DNA of 64,000 bases from Promethearchaeota archaeon (GCA_016839585.1 JAEOTZ010000072.1:32001-96000); one strand, 5' to 3'. Shown: positions 1 through 9,320, numbered from the stretch's first letter. Notes: generated by a model from the letters alone, not told the origin. Numbers and translations: made by a program.

Positions 1-7
1 GGCAAAG

Positions 8-379
8 ATGAAGAAGAGTAAAGCTGTAGCTGAAAAGGTTGATTTATCGCGTAAGAAAGTGAAGGAATTTGATATTGACACAAATATCAAAGTTGCGTAT
101 AAAACTGGAAAAATTGTATTTGGTAGAAATCAAGTGTTAAGGTCAATGAGACAAAATAGATATAAAATGATAATCATTGCAAATAATTGTCCTATGGACC
201 TTGTAAAGCAATTAAATCACTATAATTCTCTTGGTAAGGACAAAATTTTTATTTATAAATATAAAGGTTCAAGTTGGGATTTAGGATTGGCTTTTGCGAA
301 ACCCTACATGATTAGTATTATAGGTATTTATGACTATGGTGATTCCAATCTTCAAAGTTTAATTAGTAAAAGAACGTAA
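8..379 (+). CDS. rpl30e: 50S ribosomal protein L30e
   Basis: KTGKIVFG..., IIIANNCP and YKGSSWDLGLA.AKPY motifs; canonical L30e-nusA-S12-S7 order. Confidence 0.93.
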   Translation: MKKSKAVAEKVDLSRKKVKEFDIDTNIKVAYKTGKIVFGRNQVLRSMRQNRYKMIIIANNCPMDLVKQLNHYNSLGKDKIFIYKYKGSSWDLGLAFAKPYMISIIGIYDYGDSNLQSLISKRT

Positions 380-395
380 CTTAATTGGTTCAAAA

Positions 396-584
396 ATGTT
401 AAGAAAACATATTAGAATTGATCAAAAATCGATGGAACTTATTTCCTTATTTAATAATATTTCCGGTGCTATAATAAAAGACTGTCTGATTTTTAGATCT
501 CCTGAAAATAATTCTGAAGTAGTTATCTTTTTAGTAAAAAAAGAAGATGTTGGTAAAGCAATTAAATCACTATATTTCTCTTAG
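396..584 (+). pseudogene. nusA: Truncated NusA N-terminal copy created by the duplication
   Basis: Near-identical to the start of 746..1225 up to VGKAI, then runs out of frame into duplicated L30e sequence. Confidence 0.88.
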
Positions 585-729
585 TAAGGACAAAATCTTT
601 ATTTATAAGTATAAAGGTTCAAGCTGGGATTTAGGATTGGCTTGTGCGAAACCCTACATGATTAGCATTATGGGTATTTATGACTATGGAGATTCCAATC
701 TGCAAAGTTTAATTAGTAAAAGATCGTAA
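547..729 (+). pseudogene. rpl30e: Duplicated C-terminal half of L30e
   Basis: Matches the C-terminal ~58 aa of 8..379; no N-terminal half. Confidence 0.88.
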
Positions 730-745
730 TTTAATTGGTTCAAAA

Positions 746-1225
746 ATGTTAAGAAAAAATATTAGAATTGATCAAAAATCAATGGAACTTATTTCCTTAT
801 TTAATAATATTTCTGGTGCTATAATAAAAGACTGTCTGATTTTTAGATCTCCTGAAATTAATTCTGAAGTAGTTATCTTTTTAGTAAAAAAAGAAGATGT
901 TGGTAAAGCAATTGGAAAAGCTGGAGAACATGTAAAAGATTTAAAGGCAAGACTTCAAAAGAATATAGATGTCATCGAATTTTCTGAAGATCTTAACCAG
1001 TTTATACAAAATATCTTAAATACTACCAAGAATGCCATAAAAATCCAAAATATCGAAATTAAAGAGAGTAAGAATCTAAAGAAAACTATAATTATCTCTG
1101 TTCGCCCCCAAGATCGTGGAAAAGCGATAGGTAAAGAAGGCAGTATGATTAGAAAAATAAAAGAACTAGTTTTAAGGTACTTTGAAGTAGATAATGTAAT
1201 AATCAATACGAAAAATAATTTTTAA
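746..1225 (+). CDS. nusA: Archaeal NusA (two KH domains)
   Basis: Two KH motifs, GKAIGKAG and GKAIGKEG; synteny. Confidence 0.93.
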   Translation: MLRKNIRIDQKSMELISLFNNISGAIIKDCLIFRSPEINSEVVIFLVKKEDVGKAIGKAGEHVKDLKARLQKNIDVIEFSEDLNQFIQNILNTTKNAIKIQNIEIKESKNLKKTIIISVRPQDRGKAIGKEGSMIRKIKELVLRYFEVDNVIINTKNNF

Positions 1226-1325
1226 TTAGAAGAACTCATTCTTTTCTATTTAAGAAATTTATGATATTCATAAATTTTAAGTTTAAAGAAGTATTTCTAT
1301 TTAATATTCATAATGTTAATAGCTG

Positions 1326-1769
1326 GTGTTTAAAATAGGAAAACCAAAAGGTTTATACGCTGCGAGACAATTAAGAAAAAATCGTAGACGTTTTCGCTGG
1401 TCAAAATCTAAATATAAGAGAAAAAAGTTAAAACTCAAACAGAAAGTTGATCCTCTTGAAGGAGCTCCACAAGCCCTAGGTATCGTGCTACAGAAAGTTG
1501 GAAGAGAAAGTAAACAACCTAATTCAGCTATTAGGAAATGCGTGCGCGTACAATTAAAGAAAAATGGAAAGAGTATTACTGCTTTTCTGCCAGGAGATGG
1601 AGCTTTAAACTTTATTGAGGAGCATGATCGTGTTCTACTAGAAGGTATTGGAGGTGCTAAAGGACGTGCTATTGGTGATCTCCCTGGGGTAAGGTGGAAA
1701 GTTGTAAAAGTAAATGGTGTAAGCCTACAAGCACTTTTAACTGGTAAGAAAGAAAAGCCACTTAGATAG
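1326..1769 (+). CDS. rps12: 30S ribosomal protein S12 (uS12); true start may be ATA at 1335
   Basis: [15 protein letters not shown] and [13 protein letters not shown] motifs. Confidence 0.97.
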   Translation: MFKIGKPKGLYAARQLRKNRRRFRWSKSKYKRKKLKLKQKVDPLEGAPQALGIVLQKVGRESKQPNSAIRKCVRVQLKKNGKSITAFLPGDGALNFIEEHDRVLLEGIGGAKGRAIGDLPGVRWKVVKVNGVSLQALLTGKKEKPLR

Positions 1770-1781
1770 AGGTAATAGATA

Positions 1782-2399
1782 ATGAGTAAAAGCAAATCTG
1801 AGATCAAGTTATTTAATAAATGGTCATTTGAAAACATCGAGTTAAACGATTTTACGCTTGAGAAATATATTAATCTAAAAACCATCATAATACCACATTC
1901 AGCAGGTCGTCATGAGCATAGGCGTTTCTGGAAAAGCTCAAGAGTCTCAATAATTGAACGATTCACTAATAGATTGCTCTCTCCTGGTTTTATCGGAAGT
2001 AGAATAAAAGGTCACAAGAGTTCATATAATTCTGGAAAAAAGAATAAACTAATAAAAGGCCTGAAAGATGCATTTACATTAATAGAGTTAAGAACAGGTC
2101 AAAATCCGGTTCAAGTTTTAGTTGACGCAATTGTTAATACCGCTCCAAGAGAAGAGACTACAAAAATTGCACGAGGTGGAATAAGTTATGCTTCAGCAGT
2201 AGATATCGCGCCCCAGCGCCGAGTTGACTTAGCTATAAAATATCTCGTTCAAGCAATTGGTGCAAGGTCCCACGGAAATGAAAGGATGTTTGAAGAAAAT
2301 GTAGCTCAAGAATTAATTTTAGCGGCACAAAATAATCAAGAATCTAGAGCAGTAAAACGAAAGGATGAAATTGAGAGAATTGCTGTTTCGGCACGATAA
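1782..2399 (+). CDS. rps7: 30S ribosomal protein S7 (uS7)
   Basis: NPVQVLVDAIVN.APREE, AVDIAPQRRVD, C-terminal RIAVSAR. Confidence 0.97.
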   Translation: MSKSKSEIKLFNKWSFENIELNDFTLEKYINLKTIIIPHSAGRHEHRRFWKSSRVSIIERFTNRLLSPGFIGSRIKGHKSSYNSGKKNKLIKGLKDAFTLIELRTGQNPVQVLVDAIVNTAPREETTKIARGGISYASAVDIAPQRRVDLAIKYLVQAIGARSHGNERMFEENVAQELILAAQNNQESRAVKRKDEIERIAVSAR

Positions 2400-2589
2400 C
2401 TTTTTTTAAAATTTTTAACCAAATCTCTTACTATAAGTTTCAATATCACCTACATATTATCTTTTTTTATTAAGGCAATGGAAAATTCCCAAATTTTTAT
2501 ATAATTGATAAACATATTATTTAGATAAGCATCGTTAAAGGTATAGAACTATATCTATATTTAAAATTGATTCCGACAAAAAATAAAAT

Positions 2590-4566
2590 ATGTTAGAAAA
2601 ACAATTAAAAACCTTAGGACAAAAAATTAGAATAGATATTTTAAAGAAACTAAAAAATATTAAAGAACCTATTTCATTTTCACGACTTCAAAAAGAAGTT
2701 ATTAATTGTAATAATACATCTGTAAACTTCTCATTTCATTTAAATGCCTTAAAAGACTGTAAATTAATAGAATCTTCTGAAGACGGATATTATATTACAG
2801 TTTTAGGTAAGCAGATATTAAATAGTGTATTATCTATTGAACAGATCTTAGTGGAAAAAAATAGGGTAAAAATGATTAGAACATCTAAATATTCGAAAGA
2901 AATATTTGATATAAATAAAATTGAGGAATATCTCATAAACGAAGGCGGAATGGAATCTTTTATAGCTAAACAAATTGCTCATGAAGTTGAAGAGCGCCTT
3001 TCGAAGACTAATATTGAATATCTAACTGCTCCTTTAATGCGTGAATATATTAATGCCATTTTATTAGAAAATGGATTTGAAGAAGTAAGACATAAATTAA
3101 CTCGTTTAGGAACACCTCCATTTGAAGTATTTAAATTATTTAACTCTGAAGGCAGCAGTAGTAATCCTGATAAGTTCATAAAGGAGTTAGGATCTGATGT
3201 TTCTGAGCAATTTTTACTCTTGAACTTATTACCAAAAAATTTAGCTGATTTATATTTAACAGGAGAAATAGCTCTACTGCACTTAAATTATTGGAGTTTG
3301 AGACCTTTAAGCTTATATTTAAATACAAACTCAGTACTAGAGGTGATTTTTAAAAGAAATTTGAATTCCTCGAGGAAATTAACCAATTCTAGAGAATTAA
3401 TTAACTTAATTCTACTTTTTATAGATCTTTTACAAAATTTTAAGCCTTATTTCTCTCAAGATTTAGTATTAGGTGAATTCAACAAAAATATTCTTTCTTA
3501 TATGAATTCCCATGAGAAAATGTTATACTTTATTGATATTTTGAAATCCCAAATTCTCAAGTTTAACAATTCTTTTGAAGATCTGAGACATGGTTTAACT
3601 TTTGAGTTTAACTATAATGATTTTAAGGATTCAACTGATTGGGTTTTAAATCAATTCAAAGTTGATAAAGAATTTTTGAATTATAAAATAAGAGGAAAAG
3701 AATTTGATAATAATATTAAACCTTTTATAATATTTGATTATTCAAAATTAAGTACTTCAAATTTAGAAAATATATTTTTAGAAGATATAATACCTATTTT
3801 AAAAAATAATAATATTTGCTTCTATAACAATAATTCCTCAAATTTTCTAAATTCTGCTTTAATTAAAATTAAAAATTCTAATAAGAATCAGATAATTTTA
3901 GATAAAATTTTAATTAATTTACACTCAATATCAGTAAAGGCAAATCGAAATGATGATTTATTCCTAGATTTACTATTTGACAAAATAAGTTGTGTTTTTG
4001 ATTTATTTAAACATAAAGAATCGTTAATAAAAAAGAAATTAAATTCTTTAAATGGTTGGAAACGTTTGATTCATGATTTTTTTGGAAAAATTGAAGACGA
4101 TTTTTATAAGAATACAATCAAATCTGTAAGTTTTTTTGGTTTAAATGAAGCAATTTTAAATCATTGTGGAATAGAGCTTGATAGATTAGGAAATAGTAAA
4201 GAATTTGCTTTAAGGATCTTATCTTTCATGAAAAAATTAATTAGAGAAAAAAATCAAGAAGAGAACAATTATTATATTTTAAGCCAACCTCATAATGATA
4301 CGTATTTAAATAATGCGTGGCATAATGGAAGAACTCTAAGAAGTGATATGGCGTATAAATATTCATCAAGCATTATTAGACACAATTCAAAGTTATCTTT
4401 AGCTAAAAGAGTTAATTTATTTAAAAAATTTGAAAAAGTTATCAACGGAGGAATTATATTTGATGAATATATTGATATCAATGGGACATCGATAAAAGAG
4501 CTTTTATCTAATCTATTCAAATCTGAATTAGAAGCGATTTTTATACAGAAAAGGATTAAAATTTAG
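2590..4566 (+). CDS. ArsR-type wHTH + ATP-cone + degenerate class III ribonucleotide reductase (NrdD-like) barrel; probably catalytically inactive
   Basis: N-terminal RIDILKKL...FSFHLNALKDCKLI (HTH); ATP cone IRTS...FDINKI...LTAPLMRE; NrdD-like TRLGTP, LPKNLAD, FFGLNE, GGIIF; no C-terminal CxxC or RxxGY. Confidence 0.75.
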   Translation: MLEKQLKTLGQKIRIDILKKLKNIKEPISFSRLQKEVINCNNTSVNFSFHLNALKDCKLIESSEDGYYITVLGKQILNSVLSIEQILVEKNRVKMIRTSKYSKEIFDINKIEEYLINEGGMESFIAKQIAHEVEERLSKTNIEYLTAPLMREYINAILLENGFEEVRHKLTRLGTPPFEVFKLFNSEGSSSNPDKFIKELGSDVSEQFLLLNLLPKNLADLYLTGEIALLHLNYWSLRPLSLYLNTNSVLEVIFKRNLNSSRKLTNSRELINLILLFIDLLQNFKPYFSQDLVLGEFNKNILSYMNSHEKMLYFIDILKSQILKFNNSFEDLRHGLTFEFNYNDFKDSTDWVLNQFKVDKEFLNYKIRGKEFDNNIKPFIIFDYSKLSTSNLENIFLEDIIPILKNNNICFYNNNSSNFLNSALIKIKNSNKNQIILDKILINLHSISVKANRNDDLFLDLLFDKISCVFDLFKHKESLIKKKLNSLNGWKRLIHDFFGKIEDDFYKNTIKSVSFFGLNEAILNHCGIELDRLGNSKEFALRILSFMKKLIREKNQEENNYYILSQPHNDTYLNNAWHNGRTLRSDMAYKYSSSIIRHNSKLSLAKRVNLFKKFEKVINGGIIFDEYIDINGTSIKELLSNLFKSELEAIFIQKRIKI

Positions 4567-4589
4567 AATATAATAAATAGAGAGCTTAC

Positions 4590-5528
4590 TCAGCTTTTAT
4601 CTGACATCAATTCTGCTAAAAGTGCTTTTCTCATTGGGATTCCGTAAAACGTTTGTTTAAAGTAAAGTGATTTCTCAGAACTGTCTACTTTTGGTGAAAT
4701 TTCGGAAACACGGGGTAAAGGATGTAATAATCTAAATTCATTTTTAGTGTCATCAAGATCCTCTTTTCTAAAAACATATATATCCTTAACCTTTTCATAT
4801 TCTTCCAAATCAATGAATCTTTCTTTTTGAATTCGTGTCATATAAAGAACATCTAACACACTTAGAATCAAACGATATTTAGTAATTTCTTTATATTTTA
4901 CTTGTCGTTGTCTTAAAAAATCTTTATCTCTATTTCTCATTCTAAGCTCCTTAGGGCTTATAAAATAGATATTTACATCAAAGTTAGAGAGTAAAATTGA
5001 AAGTGAGTGAACTGTACGACCATACTTAAGATCACCCATTATACCAATATTAAAGCCATCTAAAGATCCAACCTCTTCAGTTATAGTTAATAGATCTAAT
5101 AATGCTTGAGTAGGATGTTCACCACTTCCTGACCCTGCATTAATTATCGGGACGTTTGCGAATTTTGCTGCCATTCGAGCAGCTCCTTCGAGGTTGTGTC
5201 TCATCACTATACAATCACTATAATTTTCAACCGTTCTTATTGTATCGGCAATGCTTTCTCCTTTTTTGATAGAAGAAACATCTCCAGAATGGAATCCTAT
5301 TACATTACCTCCTAATCTATACATTGCCGATTCAAAACTGAGACGAGTACGGGTTGATGGTTCAAAAAATAATGTTGCTAAGATTTTTCCTTGAAGAATA
5401 TTAGAATTTTTAATTTGAATCATTTCTTTAGCTTTTTTTAAGATATAATCAATATCTTCCCTATCAAATTGCTTAGCACTTATTATTCCTTCACTAAATT
5501 TCTCTTTAAACTTCAATATTCTCATCAA
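4590..5528 (-). CDS. pyrB: Aspartate carbamoyltransferase catalytic subunit
   Basis: FFEPSTRTRLSF, HPTQALLD, GDLKYGRTVHS, YMTRIQKER, HPLPR. Confidence 0.97.
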   Translation of the reverse strand: MMRILKFKEKFSEGIISAKQFDREDIDYILKKAKEMIQIKNSNILQGKILATLFFEPSTRTRLSFESAMYRLGGNVIGFHSGDVSSIKKGESIADTIRTVENYSDCIVMRHNLEGAARMAAKFANVPIINAGSGSGEHPTQALLDLLTITEEVGSLDGFNIGIMGDLKYGRTVHSLSILLSNFDVNIYFISPKELRMRNRDKDFLRQRQVKYKEITKYRLILSVLDVLYMTRIQKERFIDLEEYEKVKDIYVFRKEDLDDTKNEFRLLHPLPRVSEISPKVDSSEKSLYFKQTFYGIPMRKALLAELMSDKS

Positions 5529-5671
5529 TATGGTTTTATTAAAATTATGGTAATAAGATTTAAAACATTTTTTATTAAACAGTAGAAGTTTATAAGAAAG
5601 AAAGAGAACTAATAAAATTTAAAATTCATAAATAACTACCTAAGTTAATTAAATATTAAGGTCAGTGAATA

Positions 5672-5953
5672 TTGAAATACCCTCGGTCAACGAATAGATA
5701 CTGCCCAACCTGTAGAACACATACAAAACATAATGTCACACTCTACAAAAAAGGCAAGGAACGTATGTTAAATCAAGGTAGACGAAGATTAGAACGCAAA
5801 AAAGCAGGATACGGAAGTTTCCCAAAAGAAATCTTTCATAAAAATGCAAAGATTAACAAAAGAACAACACCCCTTTTGGAATGCTCTGAATGTGGCAAAA
5901 AGCAATATGCAAAATCTTATCGTGTAAAACGGCTTGAATTACAAGAAGTTTAA
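5672..5953 (+). CDS. rpl44e: 50S ribosomal protein L44e (eL42)
   Basis: YCPTCRTHTKH...GYG...LECSECGK zinc motifs; upstream of S27e. Confidence 0.94.
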   Translation: MKYPRSTNRYCPTCRTHTKHNVTLYKKGKERMLNQGRRRLERKKAGYGSFPKEIFHKNAKINKRTTPLLECSECGKKQYAKSYRVKRLELQEV

Positions 5954-5968
5954 AAAGCGTGAATTAAT

Positions 5969-6175
5969 ATGGTCCATAAAAAAAGAGAAAAGGAACTTAT
6001 TCCACAACCAAAATCTAGGTTTTTACGTGTGAAGTGCTTAAATTGTGGAAATCAGCAAATTATTTTTGGATGTTCTGCAACTGATGTAGAATGTTTAGTA
6101 TGCGGTAAAACTTTACTACAATCCACAGGTGGTAAAGCCCGTATTCTTACTAAGATATTGGAAGTTCTTTCTTGA
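5969..6175 (+). CDS. rps27e: 30S ribosomal protein S27e
   Basis: [15 protein letters not shown]...VECLVCGK.L...TGGKA. Confidence 0.96.
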   Translation: MVHKKREKELIPQPKSRFLRVKCLNCGNQQIIFGCSATDVECLVCGKTLLQSTGGKARILTKILEVLS

Positions 6176-6288
6176 AGTTATTTAGAATAATAAAACTTTG
6201 ATTTTTTAGGAGTCAATAAAAATTTCAATTTTGATGTAACCATCCTATTTTATTTTAATATCAATATAAGAATATAAAATAAGGAAAA

Positions 6289-6360
6289 TGCGCGATCCGG
6301 GAATCGAACCCGGGTCATCGGCTTGGAAGGCCGAGATCATAACCCCTAGACTAATCGCGC
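6289..6360 (-). tRNA. tRNA-Gly (anticodon TCC), intronless, CCA not encoded
   Basis: Reverse complement GCGCGATTAGTCTAGGGGTTATGATCTCGGCCTTCCAAGCCGATGACCCGGGTTCGATTCCCGGATCGCGCA folds as a cloverleaf with anticodon loop CT-TCC-AA. Confidence 0.97.
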
Positions 6361-6465
6361 TTAACCGGTTCGCGTTTTTTGGGAATTGAACCCAGTTCTT
6401 TTAGAAATTTTTTTTAGAAATTCGTGTAAGATAAGAAATTTAACATATCTTTTAACCATAGCGGT

Positions 6466-7149
6466 TTAAAGAATATTATAATTTAATTCATAGTAGGTGA
6501 TTATTTTATTAACAACACCCCATGCATCTAGAGGGTATTGGGATATAGAAATTAGATTTTCAGATAAGCTTATAATTTCTCTTGAGAAGTTACTTTTTTG
6601 GAATCCCCCAATTATGGCAATATAGTTTTTTGTTAGATCTTCTCGATATAAATCTTTAAAGTTATTTATTAGCTTACCGTTAATCGAAAATAAATAAATT
6701 TCCTTATTTTTAAACTTATTAATAAGTTCCTTTAAACCTCCGTTAAATGGAACAATTAATTTGGAAGATCCTGTTTCTATACTTCCATCTATTAATAACT
6801 TAGCCATTAATCCTTTAAATCGGTAAAAGTTTCTTGCAATTCTAATCTTTGGATTAAATTCAAATATTTTATTGTTAATTGTATGTAGATAAATCTTTAA
6901 ATTTCCACTTTTATTTAGTGATGAGCCTAAGGCATTAAGTAAACATAAATGAGTTATATCAGGACGACCTCTCTTTTCCGAATTTTGTAAATTAATCATA
7001 GCAGAATGATGAAGTGCATTATCTAAAAGTTGTGTAGCATAAATTTGAGGAGACATATTCTTCTGGATAGCAGAATGTTTTCTAATTTGTTTTGGGATAA
7101 GCTCTATTCCACATTCAACTAAAATAATTATTAATGGCATAGCTAACAA
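6466..7149 (-). CDS. nep1: Nep1/Emg1 SPOUT rRNA pseudouridine-N1 methyltransferase
   Basis: KRGRPDITHLCLL, RIARNFYRFKGLM, IIGGF motifs. Confidence 0.93.
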   Translation of the reverse strand: MLAMPLIIILVECGIELIPKQIRKHSAIQKNMSPQIYATQLLDNALHHSAMINLQNSEKRGRPDITHLCLLNALGSSLNKSGNLKIYLHTINNKIFEFNPKIRIARNFYRFKGLMAKLLIDGSIETGSSKLIVPFNGGLKELINKFKNKEIYLFSINGKLINNFKDLYREDLTKNYIAIIGGFQKSNFSREIISLSENLISISQYPLDAWGVVNKIITYYELNYNIL

Positions 7150-7475
7150 TTATTATTTTTTAATTTTATAAAATAACGAGTTGTATTTCCACAAGACAGA
7201 CAAGTTAATGAAACATGTGAACCCTTTCCTTTTTTTGATTGTAATCTTGTTCTACAATTAATTCCCGGATACAAAAACTTTTTGCATTTATGACAGACCC
7301 TTTGCTTCCATTTTGTTGGAATTTTAATTTTAGCTCTAGCAGAATACTTTCTAGCTAAGTAAACATATCGATTTGCTAAATCTCTGTTCTCAGGAAAAAT
7401 ATTGTGAGCTCTTTTGAACAAAAATATTATCCGAGTTTTAGCAATTTGTTTAACAATATTTTTATAATTGGGCAT
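7143..7475 (-). CDS. rnp4: Ribonuclease P protein component 4 (Rpp21)
   Basis: LANRYV.LARK, CHKCKKFL.PG, TCLSCG zinc ribbon. Confidence 0.92.
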   Translation of the reverse strand: MPNYKNIVKQIAKTRIIFLFKRAHNIFPENRDLANRYVYLARKYSARAKIKIPTKWKQRVCHKCKKFLYPGINCRTRLQSKKGKGSHVSLTCLSCGNTTRYFIKLKNNNC

Positions 7476-7490
7476 TTTTATGTTGAGTAT

Positions 7491-7775
7491 TTATATTCTT
7501 TTATCAATTTGAGTTTTTGAGATAATGATTATTTTACCTCGTACATCTAATAGATAAGAATTTGTTTTTTCAGCAATTTTATTGGCTAATTCTTTGATAT
7601 TTAATTTATTGGCAAAGGAACTTAATGCCTTGATTTTAATTATTTTATTTCTTCTTAATAATTTATTTAAATAATCGACAAACTCGTCTGTAATACCTTT
7701 CTTGCCTAAAATACAATGTGGATCATTTAGTAAAACTTGTTTAAACTCTTTGCTATAGCCCATTTTTTTTTTCAT
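7491..7775 (-). CDS. YhbY/CRM-domain RNA-binding protein
   Basis: LGKKGITD, IIKIK, DVRGK motifs; conserved rnp4-yhbY-rps19e neighbourhood. Confidence 0.85.
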   Translation of the reverse strand: MKKKMGYSKEFKQVLLNDPHCILGKKGITDEFVDYLNKLLRRNKIIKIKALSSFANKLNIKELANKIAEKTNSYLLDVRGKIIIISKTQIDKRI

Positions 7776-7850
7776 AAAATAATAAAATTTTTAATTTTGA
7801 CTTGATTTTATAAAGTATTAATATTAATGAATTTAGTATAATATTTTAGC

Positions 7851-8276
7851 ATGTCGATTTATCTCATTGAACCCCGAAAACTTATTCAAATTTTGGCAGA
7901 GAAACTAAAGGAATTTCCTGAAATTCAACCACCCGAAGGAAGCAAATTTTGGAAAACAGCGTCATATAAAGAGTTAGCACCTTTTGACTCAGAAAATTTT
8001 TGGTATATTCGAAGTGCCTCTATTTTAAGAAAAGTGAAAAAATATGGACCAATAGGAGTAAATAAATTAAGAAAGCATTATTCAGGAAGAAATAGAAAAG
8101 GTAGCGGTTTAAACTACTCTTCAAAAGGAGGCGGAAAGATAATAAGAGTCATTTTACAGCAATTAGAAAAAGAAAATTTAGTAATAAAGGATGGTAAAAA
8201 GGGGAGGAAAGTTTCTCCTGAAGGAACTAGTTTATTAGAAAGAATAGCATACTCTATTCTAAGAAAAAAAAGTTAA
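7851..8276 (+). CDS. rps19e: 30S ribosomal protein S19e
   Basis: KELAP...WYIRSASILRK...GVNKLRKHY...IIRVILQQLE. Confidence 0.96.
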   Translation: MSIYLIEPRKLIQILAEKLKEFPEIQPPEGSKFWKTASYKELAPFDSENFWYIRSASILRKVKKYGPIGVNKLRKHYSGRNRKGSGLNYSSKGGGKIIRVILQQLEKENLVIKDGKKGRKVSPEGTSLLERIAYSILRKKS

Positions 8277-8307
8277 AGAATTAAATAATAACATCTGGGA
8301 GTTTAAA

Positions 8308-8649
8308 TTGAGCAACGATGAAGAGTTAGATGCTATCAAAAGGAAGAAGTTAGAAGAATTAAAACAACAAGCCGCACAGCAACAATTAATGGAAGCCCAA
8401 CAAAAAGAGTTTGAGAGCAAAAAATATCAATTGATGCGAAAAATTTTAACTCAAGAAGGGAGACAGAGATTAGAAAATATTCGAATGGTTAAACCCCAAT
8501 TTGCTGAACAGATAGAATTACAATTAATTCAACTATTCCAATCAGGACAACTAAGAGGAGCAACACCATTACCAGATAAAGCATTTAAAAAATTATTAGA
8601 ACAAATATCTTCACTAGGGAAAAAAAAAGAATTTAATATAAAAAAATAG
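8308..8649 (+). CDS. PDCD5-family dsDNA-binding protein
   Basis: EELDAIKRKKLEEL, ILTQEGRQRLENIRMVKP motifs; follows S19e. Confidence 0.92.
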   Translation: MSNDEELDAIKRKKLEELKQQAAQQQLMEAQQKEFESKKYQLMRKILTQEGRQRLENIRMVKPQFAEQIELQLIQLFQSGQLRGATPLPDKAFKKLLEQISSLGKKKEFNIKK

Positions 8650-8668
8650 TCAAGAGAGAGGATTATAA

Positions 8669-8830
8669 TTGGCAAGGAATAAAAATCTACCGTCTAAATT
8701 AAGACGAGCGAAGAGTATGAAACAAAATAAATCACTACCAAATTGGATTATTAGGAAGACAGATGGTAAGGTTAGATCTAATCCTTACTCGAGAAGAACA
8801 TGGAGGAACACAAGGTTAAAAAGAGATTAA
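8669..8830 (+). CDS. rpl39e: 50S ribosomal protein L39e (53 aa; absent from the ORF track)
   Basis: Manual translation from TTG: MARNKNLPSKLRRAKSMKQNKSLPNWIIRKTDGKVRSNPYSRRTWRNTRLKRD; KQN..P.W and RR.WR motifs; precedes L31e. Confidence 0.95.
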   Translation: MARNKNLPSKLRRAKSMKQNKSLPNWIIRKTDGKVRSNPYSRRTWRNTRLKRD

Positions 8831-8867
8831 AATTTGATTTAGAACTACTACTTTTAAATGAAATAAA

Positions 8868-9320
8868 ATGGCAAAAAAAGGAAAGGATATTAGTCTAGAC
8901 GAGTTAGAGGAAGAATTAAGTGGGGATGAGTTAGTAGAAGAAGAATCTGATGAAGAAATAGAAGATATTGAGGAATTCAGCCTAGATGAAATATCTGAAG
9001 AAGAAGAAATTAGTGAAATTTTTGAAGAGGAAATTAAAGAAATTGAAGAAGAGGAAGTTCCAAAAGAAGAGATTATTGATGAAAGAATATATATTGTACC
9101 TCTCGCAATAGCACGAAGAGGTCCAAGAAATAAAAGAGCTAAAAAAGCTATCAGGTATCTAAGAGAATATGTATTTCGCCATTTTAAGCCAGAATCTTTA
9201 GTTATCTCACAAGAAGTAAATGAGAAGATATGGGAACGTTCTATTCAAAAACCCCCACGAAAGTTGAAGGTAAGAGTTACTAAAAATATCGATGGACTTT
9301 GTGTTATATATTTAGCTTAA
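8868..9320 (+). CDS. rpl31e: 50S ribosomal protein L31e with acidic N-terminal extension
   Basis: ERIYIVPL, RAKKAIRYLRE, VNEKIWERSIQKPPRKLKV. Confidence 0.93.
   Translation: MAKKGKDISLDELEEELSGDELVEEESDEEIEDIEEFSLDEISEEEEISEIFEEEIKEIEEEEVPKEEIIDERIYIVPLAIARRGPRNKRAKKAIRYLREYVFRHFKPESLVISQEVNEKIWERSIQKPPRKLKVRVTKNIDGLCVIYLA

Larger units (their letters stand above)
203..913 (+). repeat. 350-bp tandem direct duplication (203-552 / 553-902) bounded by the 11-bp microhomology GTAAAGCAATT
   Basis: GTAAAGCAATT occurs at 203, 553 and 903; the two units align without gaps and I count 16 substitutions. Confidence 0.95.

Noticed and set aside
6180-6290. Integrated element at the tRNA-Gly 3' end
   Set aside because: Housekeeping genes flank both sides; no integrase and no downstream att duplication seen.
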